From Planctomycetota bacterium (GTDB lineage Bacteria; Planctomycetota; Planctomycetia; JALXBF01), in the NCBI GenBank assembly GCA_026991575.1, contig JALXBF010000191.1:62001-94029 (forward strand): a DNA stretch of 32,029 bases, in the 5' to 3' direction. Positions 1 through 10,700 of the stretch are shown here, in pieces. A program made the position numbers and the translations under genes. The notes beneath the pieces are model-generated. The model saw only the letters and a list, made by a program, of their open reading frames with translations. It was not told the origin of the DNA and searched no databases. How positions within the stretch are numbered: position 1 is the stretch's first letter; the number at the start of each line of letters is the position of its first letter.

Positions 1-493
1 CTTCCTCGTAAGCAGCGGCGGCTTCGCGGAAGCGGGCCAGGTCGAAGAGGACGTTGCCGAGGTTCAGGTGTGCCGCGACAAGCTTCGGGTCTTTGCGAAT
101 GGCTTCACGGAACGCCTCGGCCGCCAGGTCCAGGATCCCCTTTGCACGGTATGCCACCCCGAGGTTGTAATAGGCGTAGGCAGACTGCGGCGCAAGCTGC
201 AGGCCCTTACGCAGGGCAGGGATGGCATCGTCGGGCTTGCCCATCAGCACATAGGCTACTCCCAGATTGATATGCGCCGCCGCGTTGCGCGGATCAAGCT
301 CGGTGCAGGCCTGGAAATGATCCACCGCTGTCTGGTAATCGCCCAGCTTGCCCGACGCCAGCGCCAGGCCAAAGTAGGCGTCGGCGGAGCGAGGGTTTTG
401 GGCGACTACTTGGGCGAACAACGCCTGCGCTGTGCGGAATGCGCCTTCGGCTAGTGCCTGCTGCGCGCGCTGGAGCAGAGCACCTTCGGTCAC
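1..493 (-). CDS. Tetratricopeptide repeat protein (runs off the window start, 3' end missing)
   Basis: Manual translation from GTG at 493: MTEGALLQRAQQALAEGAFRTAQALFAQVVAQNPRSADAYFGLALASGKLGDYQTAVDHFQACTELDPRNAAAHINLGVAYVLMGKPDDAIPALRKGLQLAPQSAYAYYNLGVAYRAKG..., i.e. consecutive 34-aa TPR units with no stop in the window. It is absent from the ORF track because it is truncated. Confidence 0.88.
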   Translation of the reverse strand, partial: MTEGALLQRAQQALAEGAFRTAQALFAQVVAQNPRSADAYFGLALASGKLGDYQTAVDHFQACTELDPRNAAAHINLGVAYVLMGKPDDAIPALRKGLQLAPQSAYAYYNLGVAYRAKGILDLAAEAFREAIRKDPKLVAAHLNLGNVLFDLARFREAAAAYEE

Positions 494-552
494 AACGGCC
501 CCCTATGACCCCGTGCAACTCGCACGTAGTCGCGCGGTTCACAACGACGCCG

Positions 553-774
553 TCACTTCAGGCTGATCAGCCGTGCCCGGCCATCTTCGATAATCTCGAC
601 TTTGTCCTCCCGGGCAAGCCAGCCGATTGCCAGCATAACCAGGTCGCGCGGCTCACCCAGCTCTAACGCCAGTTTGGTCAGACTCCGTGGCCCATGGTCG
701 TGCAAGTGGTGCCAGACCTTGCCGGCCGTCTCACCAATGCGACCAATGAACGAAGTCATCGCTCCGGTGCTCAT
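553..774 (-). CDS. Small winged-helix protein, DUF2582-like
   Basis: 73 aa with IGETAGKVW...L and LAIGWLAREDK motifs characteristic of the DUF2582 family. Purine-rich RBS (GAGGAG/GGGAG) upstream. Confidence 0.85.
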   Translation of the reverse strand: MSTGAMTSFIGRIGETAGKVWHHLHDHGPRSLTKLALELGEPRDLVMLAIGWLAREDKVEIIEDGRARLISLK

Positions 775-873
775 CGGACCTTCTCCCTGTTCTCCTCAGC
801 CAAACCTCCCTGGCCCGCGCATCGCCTGCGGCGCGTACCACGCTCCGGGCCGAGCGAGCCTGGTCCAAACCCC

Positions 874-879
874 ATTATA
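874..879 (-). promoter_or_regulatory. Putative sigma70 -10 element (TATAAT) for the DUF2582-TPR genes
   Basis: Perfect TATAAT on the minus strand about 100 nt upstream of the ATG, in GC-rich intergenic DNA. The -35 element is weak. Confidence 0.5.
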
Positions 880-1040
880 GCGGGCCCGGGCGGTAATACC
901 AGCCGAAACGGGAGCCCGGACGTCCACGCTAACGCCAGCGATCCGAGCATCTTGCGCGCAAGCCCCTTCGGCTCGGCGCGGCTCGTGACGATGCCCTGGC
1001 TTGGCCCCAACGTTCCGAAATGCCCGCATGCAACGGTCGC

Positions 1041-2216
1041 TCAGGCAGTGCTTCCGTCCTGGTCTGCCGGCTCAGCCAACGCCAGATTGTCTCGATGGAT
1101 GACCTCCTCATACGCGGTGCGGCCCAGTAAGGCGCGTACCTTCGCGCTGCGGAGCCCTCGGATGCGGGCAAGCTCCACTGCACTGTAGTTGGTCAGCCCG
1201 CGCGCGATTTCTCGGCCCGACGGGTCACAGATCGCCACCGGGTCACCGGCTCGAAAGTCGCCTTCCACGCGGCGTACTCCGACAGGCAGCAGGCTCCGTC
1301 CCTGACGGAGCAGGGCGCGTGCCGCGCCTTCGTCAACGTACACACGCCCGCGCGGCCGCACTGAAAACGCCAGCCACCGCTTTCGGGCACTGAGTGTTCG
1401 CCCGTGGGGCAGGAACAATGTCCCCACCGGCTCGCCGGCGAGGATCCGCTGGATGATTCCCCGCCGCAGGCCGTTGGCCAGGATCACCGATTCCCCGGCA
1501 GCCATACAGATCCGCGCAGCTTCCAGCTTGGTCTGCATGCCCCCGGTGCCAAAGCGCGATGAGCTCGGGCCAGCCAGCGCGCGAATCGCCGAATTGATCC
1601 GTGGCACAAGACGGATGACGTTGCCAGCTCCAGTCGACCGAGCTGCCTTCCCGGGCGGCGTGGCGAGCAGGCCGTCGACCGTGGAGAGCATGATCAGCAG
1701 CGGGGCTCGAATGAGCGTGGTCACAAGCGCAGCCAACCGATCGTTGTCTCCGAAGCGCAGCTCCTCGACGCTAACCGTGTCGTTCTCGTTGATGATCGGG
1801 ATGGTTCCCCAATCCAGCAACGTGCAGATCGTGTTGCGGATGTTCAGGTAGCGGGTGCGGTTGGCGAAGTCGGCTGCCGTCAGCAGGAGCTGGGCCACGT
1901 GATAGCCCTGCCGGCCAAAGGCCCGCTCGTATGCCTGGATCAGGTGGCTCTGGCCCACGGCAGCCGCCGCTTGCAGCCGTGCCAGGTCTGTTGGCCGCTG
2001 TCGAAGCCCAAGCACGCCGACACCCGCCCCGACGGCACCGGAGGAAACCAGTACGAGGCGACGGCCGGAGCGCAGGATGCTGGTCAGATCGCGGCAAAGG
2101 CGGTTGAGACGCTGCCGGTGTAAACGGCCGTCGTCGCGGGTGAGCACGCTGGTGCCGATCTTGACCACGATCGTATCGGCTGTGGCTACAACCTCCTGAC
2201 GGACGGCATCGAGCAT
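1041..2216 (-). CDS. proB: Glutamate 5-kinase
   Basis: VVKIGTSVL, VSSGAVGAG, AAVGQ, IPIINENDTV, FGDNDRLAA and GTGGMQTKLEAA motifs plus a C-terminal PUA domain (SLLPVGV...IARGL...VIHRDNL). Confidence 0.97.
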   Translation of the reverse strand: MLDAVRQEVVATADTIVVKIGTSVLTRDDGRLHRQRLNRLCRDLTSILRSGRRLVLVSSGAVGAGVGVLGLRQRPTDLARLQAAAAVGQSHLIQAYERAFGRQGYHVAQLLLTAADFANRTRYLNIRNTICTLLDWGTIPIINENDTVSVEELRFGDNDRLAALVTTLIRAPLLIMLSTVDGLLATPPGKAARSTGAGNVIRLVPRINSAIRALAGPSSSRFGTGGMQTKLEAARICMAAGESVILANGLRRGIIQRILAGEPVGTLFLPHGRTLSARKRWLAFSVRPRGRVYVDEGAARALLRQGRSLLPVGVRRVEGDFRAGDPVAICDPSGREIARGLTNYSAVELARIRGLRSAKVRALLGRTAYEEVIHRDNLALAEPADQDGSTA

Positions 2217-2249
2217 GGTAGGTTGAGAGAACGCTCGGGCTGGGACGAG

Positions 2250-3845
2250 CTACACGGCTTGCGTTTCCTCTTGAGGTTCTTCCGCTTCCACGGTCCGGCC
2301 CGCGACGCCCCGACCGGCCCGCTGCTGAGCCAGCTTATAGAGCTTCTTGCCGGCGGGCGTCGGATAGCGGCCGGTGAGGCAAGCTAGGCAGAGTTCGTCG
2401 GCGGGCAGGCCGATGGCACGCGGGATCGATTCCAGCGGCAGGTACCGCAGACTGTCGGCACCGATCTGCTGTGCCATACGTGCCAGCGTGGCCTCGTCCG
2501 GTTCGCCGATTCCGGTGTTCAGGAACCGGGGAGCGAACAACTCGTCCAGCGTCGACATGTCGATCCCATAAAAGCACGGCGCGATGATCGGGGGACATGC
2601 CACCCGCACGTGCACCTCGCGTGCCCGGCCTCGGGCCCGAATCTGCTCAATAAGCACCCGCATCGTGGTTGAGCGAACGATGGTGTCCTCTACGAGCAGC
2701 ACACGTTTGCCCTCCAGCACTTCTCGTACGGGCGTGTACTTAAGGCGTGCCCGTTCAGCCCGGTCCTCGCCTTCGATGAACGTGCGGCCCACGTAACGGT
2801 TGCGCAGCAGCCCTTCCACCGACGGCAGCGACAGGGCGTGAGCCATGGCGTCGGCGGCCGGTTTGGCCGTGTCCGGTACGGGAACGACCACCGTGTCCTC
2901 GTCCAGCGGCAGCGTTTCGTGTCGAGCCAACTCGCGGCCCAGCGCCGCCCGTGCCTGGTAGACGCTGCGACCGTCGATGTTGCTGGCCGCATTGGCGAAG
3001 TAGATCCATTCGAAGAAGCAGCGTGCTCGTCGCGGTGCCGACGCGAATCGTGCCCGCCGCAGGCCATCGGGCCCACAGACGATCAGCTCGCCCGGCTCAA
3101 GGTGCTGGATTTCTTCAAACCCGACGTTCTGCAGCGCCACGCTTTCACTGGCTGCGGCAAACAGGCTGCCGTCACACGCGTAGGCTAGCGGCCGGAAGCC
3201 ATACGGGTCGCGCGCAATCACGAGCTCGCCGTATGCGTTCAGGAACACCAGGCTGTATGCGCCGTCGAGCCGCTTGTGCAGCCGTTGGAAGACGGCAACT
3301 AGATCGGGACGCTCGTCGCCGCGCAGCTCGTAGCTGATCCGATGCAGCAGAATCTCCGTGTCTGTGTCGCGTGCCAGGTGGTAGTCGGTCTTTTGCAGCA
3401 GCTCGCGGCGTAGCGCGGCATAGTTAGCCAGCTGCCCGTTGAAGGCGAACGCGAACCACTTCCAACGACGACCGTGCTGGCGCTCGAATGGCTGAGCGTA
3501 CGTGACGTCGTCCTGACCGCACGTAGCATAGCGCACGTGTCCGATCGCGGCCGGCCCGGCCAACCGGGTCATGATCGCCTCGAACTTAGCCCGGTGATTC
3601 ATGCGGAACGCCTCGATCACCGTGCCGACGTCCTTGTATGTCATGATCAGCTGGCGCCGGCCTTCGCGATAGGTGCTCATACCGGCGGCAAGCTGGCCGC
3701 GGTTTTGCATGTTCAGTAACATGCGGGGGATCAGGCTTGATGCCCACTCTGGCCGCTGCCTGGGAACCAGAGGTGAGGTGGGGCGGTCTGGAAAGTGGTA
3801 GACGGCGGCAACGCCGCATAGGTGTTGGAGCTCGCCGGTTGCCAT
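2250..3845 (-). CDS. purF: Amidophosphoribosyltransferase (propeptide / Fe-S type)
   Basis: Short propeptide followed by CGVAA (Ntn nucleophile Cys), [63 protein letters not shown]. Confidence 0.96.
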   Translation of the reverse strand: MATGELQHLCGVAAVYHFPDRPTSPLVPRQRPEWASSLIPRMLLNMQNRGQLAAGMSTYREGRRQLIMTYKDVGTVIEAFRMNHRAKFEAIMTRLAGPAAIGHVRYATCGQDDVTYAQPFERQHGRRWKWFAFAFNGQLANYAALRRELLQKTDYHLARDTDTEILLHRISYELRGDERPDLVAVFQRLHKRLDGAYSLVFLNAYGELVIARDPYGFRPLAYACDGSLFAAASESVALQNVGFEEIQHLEPGELIVCGPDGLRRARFASAPRRARCFFEWIYFANAASNIDGRSVYQARAALGRELARHETLPLDEDTVVVPVPDTAKPAADAMAHALSLPSVEGLLRNRYVGRTFIEGEDRAERARLKYTPVREVLEGKRVLLVEDTIVRSTTMRVLIEQIRARGRAREVHVRVACPPIIAPCFYGIDMSTLDELFAPRFLNTGIGEPDEATLARMAQQIGADSLRYLPLESIPRAIGLPADELCLACLTGRYPTPAGKKLYKLAQQRAGRGVAGRTVEAEEPQEETQAV

Positions 3846-4071
3846 GGGATCCTCGTGAGCGCGCTAGCCTTCTCGTCGCTGGATCGCCACCAGCGCTACA
3901 TTGTAGTGCGTGCCCTCAGCACCGAATTCGTCCCGTGCCCGATAACATGTAACGGTGTCGGGCGGCGGTCGGCAGCCTTGGCAGGTGAGCTTACACCTCC
4001 TGGCGACGCGCGGTGCATCGGGCACGCCGCTAGCTGCCATCAGAGTGGTCACCAAGTGCGTGTAGGGAGCG

Positions 4072-5556
4072 ATGTTTGAAACACTCCAGAAAGGACTAAC
4101 CGAGGCACTTCGCAAGCTACGGCGCAGCGGGCGACTGACCGAATCCAACATTCGCGACGGTCTGCAAGAGGTACGCCGGGCTCTGCTGGAGGCCGACGTC
4201 CACTACCAGGTCGTCAACGACTTCATCCGCCGCGTGACCGAGAAGGCGGTCGGCCAGCAGGTGATCCGGTCGATCAACCCGAGCGAGCAGATCGTCAAGA
4301 TCGTCTACGACGAGCTGGTGGCGCTGATGGGCCCGGTGGATGCGGACATCCATTGGTCCAGCAAGGGGCCCACCGTCATCATGCTCTGCGGGCTCCAGGG
4401 TAGCGGTAAGACGACGACCTGCGGCAAGCTTGCGCTGTTCCTGAGACGCCACCGTAATAAGCGGCCGCTTCTGGTCGCTGCCGACTTGCAGCGGCCGGCC
4501 GCCGTCGAGCAGCTGCAGACTCTGGGTGAGCAGATCGGCGTACCCGTCTACGTCGAGTCCAATGCCACGCCGGTCCAGGTATGCCGTAATGCGGTGGCGG
4601 CTGCCGATGAGCTTCGGGTTGACACGATCATCCTTGACACGGCCGGGCGGCTGCATGTCGATGAGGAGCTCATGCGTGAGCTCAGCGACATCGACCGACT
4701 GGTGCAGCCAAACGAAGTCCTGCTCGTCGTGGATGCGATGACCGGTCAGGTGGCCGTTGAGGTGGCGCGGGCGTTCAACGAGGCGCTTGAGCTGGACGGC
4801 CTGATCATGACCAAACTCGACGGCGACGCGCGTGGCGGCGCGGCGCTGTCGGTGAAGGCGGTCACCGGAGTGCCTATCAAGTTCGTCGGGGTCGGCGAGA
4901 AGCTGGATCGGCTGGAGCTGTTCCGGCCTGAGCGGATGGCGAGCCGGATCCTGGGAGCAGGCGACCTGATGACGCTGGTGGAGAAGGTCGCCGAGATGCA
5001 GCGGATGCAAGACGAGGAAGAATTGCGCCGCCAGCAGGAGCGGTTGGCCAAGGGGGAGATTTCGCTGGAGGATTTCCGCAGGGCGCTGAGCCAGATGGAG
5101 AAGATGGGAAGTCTGCAGGAGATCCTGCAGCTGATCCCGGGCGGCTCGCAACTGGTGGGCGAGCTGGATGTGGAAGACACCAAGGAGCTTCGCCGGCTCC
5201 GGGGCATCATCGATTCGATGACCCCCGAGGAGCGGCGCAACCCGGCGATCATCGATGGCAGCCGGCGGCGTCGCATTGCGGCGGGCAGCGGGACGGATCC
5301 GTCGGAGGTCGGCCAGCTGCTAAAGGCCTTCAACGGCATGCGGCCGATGCTCAAGCAAATGGCTCAAATGTCGCTGGCCAGCCGGCTGAAGGCCCTGGCT
5401 GGCCTGGGGACGAATCCGGGTGTGCTCGCTGGGCTGCTGCGCGGCGGGCGGGGGAAGCGCGAGCTGGTGCCGACCAAGTCGTATCAGCAGCGGATGGAGG
5501 AGCGACGCGCCAAGAAGCGCAAGAAGCGCAAGGAGAAGCGTAAGAGGCGGCGCTAG
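4072..5556 (+). CDS. ffh: Signal recognition particle protein
   Basis: [45 protein letters not shown] and M-domain IDSMTPEER...[11 protein letters not shown]. Confidence 0.98.
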   Translation: MFETLQKGLTEALRKLRRSGRLTESNIRDGLQEVRRALLEADVHYQVVNDFIRRVTEKAVGQQVIRSINPSEQIVKIVYDELVALMGPVDADIHWSSKGPTVIMLCGLQGSGKTTTCGKLALFLRRHRNKRPLLVAADLQRPAAVEQLQTLGEQIGVPVYVESNATPVQVCRNAVAAADELRVDTIILDTAGRLHVDEELMRELSDIDRLVQPNEVLLVVDAMTGQVAVEVARAFNEALELDGLIMTKLDGDARGGAALSVKAVTGVPIKFVGVGEKLDRLELFRPERMASRILGAGDLMTLVEKVAEMQRMQDEEELRRQQERLAKGEISLEDFRRALSQMEKMGSLQEILQLIPGGSQLVGELDVEDTKELRRLRGIIDSMTPEERRNPAIIDGSRRRRIAAGSGTDPSEVGQLLKAFNGMRPMLKQMAQMSLASRLKALAGLGTNPGVLAGLLRGGRGKRELVPTKSYQQRMEERRAKKRKKRKEKRKRRR

Positions 5557-5708
5557 CGCACGTCCGAGGGCGGGCCAGTCGCTCGCGGGCGGCCCAGGAG
5601 GGAACTTTACTTGTCGGCCGGCTCCATAGAATAGCTATCGAACTCAGGCCGAGCGAAACTCTGCTCTGCTGGTCTCCGAGAGCCGTAGGCCCGCTGGAGG
5701 TTGCTGAG

Positions 5709-6002
5709 GTGGTTCGGATCCGTTTGAAGCGGATGGGACGGCGAAACCGGCCGTTCTATCGGATCTGTGCGATGGACGCCCGCGCACCGCGCGACGGCAA
5801 AGCCATCGAGGATCTTGGTTATTACGATCCGTTCGTCGCGGACGACGAGCGGAAGATTCAGGTCAAGAAGGACCGGGTCGAGTACTGGCTCCGCGTCGGT
5901 GCGCAACCGACCGAGAAGACCCGCGTCCTACTGAAGAAGGTGGGCGTGCAATTTCCGGAGAAGTCGAACCGGAAGAAGCGCAAGAAGCGGCCCGCAGTGT
6001 AA
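5709..6002 (+). CDS. rpsP: 30S ribosomal protein S16
   Basis: [19 protein letters not shown]...[14 protein letters not shown]...GAQPTE. GGAGG RBS before the GTG start. Confidence 0.97.
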   Translation: MVRIRLKRMGRRNRPFYRICAMDARAPRDGKAIEDLGYYDPFVADDERKIQVKKDRVEYWLRVGAQPTEKTRVLLKKVGVQFPEKSNRKKRKKRPAV

Positions 6003-6043
6003 CGGCTCTGGCGTCGAGCCGAGTGAGCGGGTCGTCGCCGGTC

Positions 6044-6862
6044 ATGCGAATCGATGTGCTGACCCTCTTCCCGGAAATCTTCACCGGGTTCCTGAACGAA
6101 AGCATCCTCAAGCTTGCCATCCAGCGCGGCCTGATCGAGCTAAACGTCTGGAACTTCCGCGACTGGAGTCGCGACAAGCACCACAAGGTGGATGACCGAC
6201 CATACGGCGGCGGCCCAGGCATGGTGATCAAACCGGAGCCCGTCTTCGAGGCGGTCGAAGCGGTGCAGGCGATGGCCGAGCCGCCGGGCCGACTGCTGCT
6301 GTTGACGCCCCAGGGACGGCCGTTTACGCAGGAGTGGGCCGAGGAGCTGGCGCGTGAGCCGCGGCTGCTGCTGTTGTGCGGCCGGTACGAGGGGTTCGAT
6401 GAGCGCATCCGCATCGGGCTCCGCCCCGAGGAACTGTCCATCGGGGACTACGTCACGTGCGGGGGTGAGGCGCCCGCGATGGTCGTCATCGAAGCTGTCA
6501 TGCGACTCATCCCGGGCGCTCTCGGTGACGAGTACAGCCCCGCCGAGGAGTCGTTCGGCCGGTGGGGGTTGCTGGAGTATCCCCACTACACTCGGCCGCG
6601 GGTCTACCGGGGCATGGCCGTGCCCGAGGTGCTACTCAGCGGCGACCACGCAGCGATCGCCCGCTGGCGCCTCGAACAGGCCGTGCGGCGTACCATGGAA
6701 CGCCGCCCGGACTTGATTGAGAAGGCGCTGAGGCGGCCGGATTGCCCCCCGGCCGTGCGCCAGATGATCCGTCAACTGCAACGCGAACACCAACAACTGA
6801 CCCGGAACGACGCTGCCACGAAGGAGGCCGGCGATGATTCCGAAGGAAATCGAGTACGTTGA
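6044..6862 (+). CDS. trmD: tRNA (guanine37-N1)-methyltransferase
   Basis: MRIDVLTLFPE, VDDRPYGGGPGMV, CGRYEGFDER, SIGDYV, LEYPHYTRP, VPEVLLSGDH. Start placed at ATG 6044. Confidence 0.97.
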   Translation: MRIDVLTLFPEIFTGFLNESILKLAIQRGLIELNVWNFRDWSRDKHHKVDDRPYGGGPGMVIKPEPVFEAVEAVQAMAEPPGRLLLLTPQGRPFTQEWAEELAREPRLLLLCGRYEGFDERIRIGLRPEELSIGDYVTCGGEAPAMVVIEAVMRLIPGALGDEYSPAEESFGRWGLLEYPHYTRPRVYRGMAVPEVLLSGDHAAIARWRLEQAVRRTMERRPDLIEKALRRPDCPPAVRQMIRQLQREHQQLTRNDAATKEAGDDSEGNRVR

Positions 6863-7292
6863 ACGCCAGTTCATGAAACCCGAGCTACCGCCAATCGAAC
6901 CGGGTGACCTGGTAGACGTCCACGTGCGCATCCTCGAGGGCGACAAGGAACGGATCCAGGTCTTCACCGGCGTGGTCATTGCCATTCATGGTGGCGGGCT
7001 GCGCAAGACGTTCACGGTGCGGCGGATCGTGCAGGGCGAAGGCGTGGAGCGGACGTTTCCGTTCCATTCGCCGCGGGTTGCCAAGGTGGTGATCCGTCGA
7101 CGTGCGAAAGTCCGCCGCAAGAAGCTCTACTACTTGCGCGAGCGGCTTGGCAAGGCTGCCCGGCTCAAGGAACGCCGCCATCGCCGCGACGAGCTCCTGG
7201 CACAACGTGACGCTTCCGAGGCGGCCGAACAGACCGACGGACAGACCGCACCGGCCCAGCAGGAAGCGGCGGAAGTCAGTGCCGAACAATAG
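6834..7292 (+). CDS. rplS: 50S ribosomal protein L19
   Basis: GDKERIQVFTGVVIA, TFTVRRI..GEGVERTFP.HSP, KVRRKKLYYLR. AAGGAGG RBS. Overlaps the trmD end by 29 nt. Confidence 0.97.
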   Translation: MIPKEIEYVERQFMKPELPPIEPGDLVDVHVRILEGDKERIQVFTGVVIAIHGGGLRKTFTVRRIVQGEGVERTFPFHSPRVAKVVIRRRAKVRRKKLYYLRERLGKAARLKERRHRRDELLAQRDASEAAEQTDGQTAPAQQEAAEVSAEQ

Positions 7293-7317
7293 GCCCACCT
7301 GGCAACGGGGGCGCGGA

Positions 7318-7761
7318 ATGCTGGGGACCGCGATACGGATGCTGGCGGGCAAGATCGCTTTCTACTGGCTGGCCAGACGTTCCCTGCTCAATCAGCATGA
7401 CCGACACCACACCGGGCGGCGCAGCGAACAGCTCGCCGCTTTCTTCTTGCGCAGCCAAGGCTATCGTATCGTCGCACGCAACTACCGGGCCGGGCTGCTG
7501 GAGCTAGACCTAGTGGCTGTGCGCGGCTGGGAGTTGGTGTTCGTGGAGGTGAAGGGGACCGCTTCGGGGCACGCCGATCCGCTTCAGCAGGTCACCCCGG
7601 CCAAGGAGCGGCTGCTGCGCAAGGCAGCACGCCACTTTCTCCGCGACCACGGTCTGCACGACCCGAGGATCCGCGTTCGCTTTGACGTGATCACCGTTCG
7701 CTGGCCACAGGGCGAACAAGAGGGGCGCCCGTCCATCCGACATTACGCCGGGGCCTTCTAG
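7318..7761 (+). CDS. yraN: YraN family (UPF0102) putative endonuclease
   Basis: G..SEQLAAFFL...GYRIVARNYR...ELDLVA...LVFVEVK...RFDVI. Usual position downstream of rplS. Start codon uncertain. Confidence 0.88.
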   Translation: MLGTAIRMLAGKIAFYWLARRSLLNQHDRHHTGRRSEQLAAFFLRSQGYRIVARNYRAGLLELDLVAVRGWELVFVEVKGTASGHADPLQQVTPAKERLLRKAARHFLRDHGLHDPRIRVRFDVITVRWPQGEQEGRPSIRHYAGAF

Positions 7762-7798
7762 ACCGGCCGGGGGCTAGCTGGTCTGTACCAGCGCAGAC

Positions 7799-10700
7799 TC
7801 AGCGTGCCTGCTGTTGCTCCTGAACTTCCACGCCAAGCTTAGCCAGCAGCTTCAGATAGTCGTCCACTTCGGAGCCATGCAAGTCGCGTTTGACCCGATC
7901 AACCGGTCCCAGCCTGGCAAGCAGGTCTCGTGCCTCGGCTTCCCGACCGAGCTCTGCATAGACCCTTGCGAGGTGGAAGCCAATGTGGGGCGCAGGCGCA
8001 GTCTCATAAGCCTCTTCCAGCAGTTCCAACGCCTCGCCTTCGCCTTCAATCTTGCCCAGTCGATACAGCACGACCGCTTTCGTGTCCAGCAGCTCGGGTG
8101 CGGGACCGAACTGAGCAATGGCACGGTCGATCAGCTCCAGGGCATCGTCAGCTCGATCGAAGCACTCGCTGAGCAGCCACGCCAGGTTGTTGAGGGCCAC
8201 GACGTGGTTCGGGGCCACGAGCAGGATTTCCTGATACGCCTGGGCCGCTACTTTGTAGTCCCCCTCGGCGTCGTACATCAGCGCCATGGCCACGCGCAGC
8301 TCCACGGACTTCGGATTCTGCTGCAGGGCCGCTTCCAGCCACCGTCGCATGACGGAGCGATGCTCGGGGCGGACGTTTGGGTGTCGCGCCAGACGGATGA
8401 CGCCCAACGCCGCGCGTTCCGGCGGTAGCTTCTGCCAACAAGTTTCCAAGACCCTCATAGCCTGCTCGACCTGGTCCTGGTCTGCCAACCACTGGGCCAA
8501 CAACAGCAGGCCTTCGGGCACCTGCTGCGCGACGGCCCGGTACATGCGCCCTGCCTCCTCGGGGCGACCGATGGCCTCGTAGAGCCGACCGACCATGGCC
8601 AGGCCGATCGTGTTGGGCTTGCCGTCCGTGCCGTTCATGTACTTCTCTTCGAGCTTTTTCACAACGGCCACGGCTTCATCCATACGACCGGAGGCATGCA
8701 GCAGGCGAGCCTTCAGCTCGGCGGTGCGGTACCGATCCGGCTCAACCTCCTCAAGTCTCTTCAGCCACAGTTCGGCGTCCTGCAGGTGATTTCGCTCAAG
8801 CAAGATGCGCACGTAGCCTGCGATGTAGCGCGCGTTGTCCGGGTGCTCGGCCAGCAGCCGAAGCATTTGGTCACGCCCCTTCTGCGGCTGCCCGTAGCGG
8901 TAATACAGGCGCGCCAACAGGAAACGCTCGTCCGGTCCAATCTGGCCAGAGGCTAACAGCTTTTCAAAGAGCTCCAGCGCCTGGCGCTGCAGACGCGCGC
9001 TGTTGCGCGTGGCCAACAGCATCGCTTTGACACGCAGGTCCAGCGATGAGTCAGGCTGTTCGGCCAGGTTCTTTTCAATGAGATCCTTGGCTTCCTGCCA
9101 GCGTGCGTACCCGCCGCGCACGATGAGCACCGTAGCCAGCCGGCGGCGGATTGACCGTGTGAGCGGGTCGTTTTCTCCGCTAGCGGCCTGTTCCAACGCC
9201 GCGCGCAGTTCCCTCTCGGCCCGTTCCATGTCACCTCGGCGGATGTAGAACTCGGCAGCCGCCGCTAACACCATGGGGTCGTCCGGGCGCTGTGCACGGA
9301 GGTCCGTCCACGCTCGTTCGGCGGCTTCATGATCGCCAATTAGCTCATAGCAGGCGCTCAGACAGGCCGCCAGCTGTTCGCCGTCGAGATGCTTGCGAAC
9401 ACGTTTCTCAATGATGTCGCGTGCTTTTTCCATCTCGTTGCGGCGGGCGTAGAAGGCGACCAGCGAGGTCCACGCCTGCACCATCTTCGGATCAAGCTCA
9501 CACGCTCTCAAATAGTGCTTCTCGGCTTCCGCAGGCTTGTCCTGTGCCTCCAGCAGCCTGGCGTACCAGACGTGAGCGGCGGCGTCCTCCGGGTTTCGTT
9601 CCAGATGTTCCTTGGCCAGTTCCAACGCGAGCCCAAAGTCACGTGTCGACGCGACAACGGCTGATGCCGTCATCACAACTTCGGGTGGGAGCGCCTTCTC
9701 GGCGTACAGACGACGCAGCAGGCGATCCGCGTCGGCCATCCGATTGGCACGTACCAGTGCCTGGACGGCGAAGCCAATGGTACGCGGGGACCGGTCGCCC
9801 AGCTCGACCGCCGAGAGATACTCCTCTGCCGCCTCGTTTACCTTGTTCTCCAGCAGGTAGAGCGCGCCGAGCTGAGCGTGCAGGCGAGCCCAGGTCGGTC
9901 GCTGCGCACGAGCTTCCTCAAGCAGGAGACGGGCTTGCCGAATCGTCTCTTCAGTGGGTTTATCGCCTGCTTCCATCAACAACAACGCCGCTTGAGCATA
10001 CCGCCAGATTGCCCCCTCACGCTGCTCCGGGTCCCGTGCTTCAATCGCGCGGATTTCTTGCACCAGCTGTCGCAGCCTGTCGCTGTCGCCTGCTTGCAAG
10101 GCCAGATCCATCAGCAGCACGCGGGTGCCCAGGTTGTACGGGACCAGTTCGGCCGCTTCCTCCAGCAATTTCCGGGCCCGCGCGGTTTCACCAAGTCTCA
10201 GCCAAGCGGCGGCAAGTGCCCGCAGCAGGCGGGCGCGTTCCTCGGTGTGGAACTGCTCGGTTCCCTCGGCGAGTTTTTCCAACACTGCGACGGCTTGCTC
10301 CTTTTGCCGTGGCAGGAGCAGCAGCCGGGCCAGACGCAGGCGAACGTGGTCGCCGATCTTCTTTTCGGCCCGGTCCAGTACCTCGGCTGCCTTCTCGGGC
10401 AACTGCCACCGGAGATAGTGGGTGGCCTGCGCAACGTACAAGTCCACCGCGTCAGGATGGCGTTCGAGGGCTTTTTCCAGCAGCGGCAATGTCTCGTTGC
10501 CGCGCCCCCGTACCCAGAGGTAGTCGGCGTACGTAACCAGAAATAGCGGCTCGTCGCTGTACTGTTCATACAGCTGGCTGGCGACGCGGTCGCACGGACG
10601 CCAGTTACGCTGGACTTCAGGACGTCGTAGTTGGTCAAGGATCTGCAAGCGGAGGTAGAGGGCAGCCTGTTCTGGAGTAGGAGTGCTGTAGCGGATGGCG

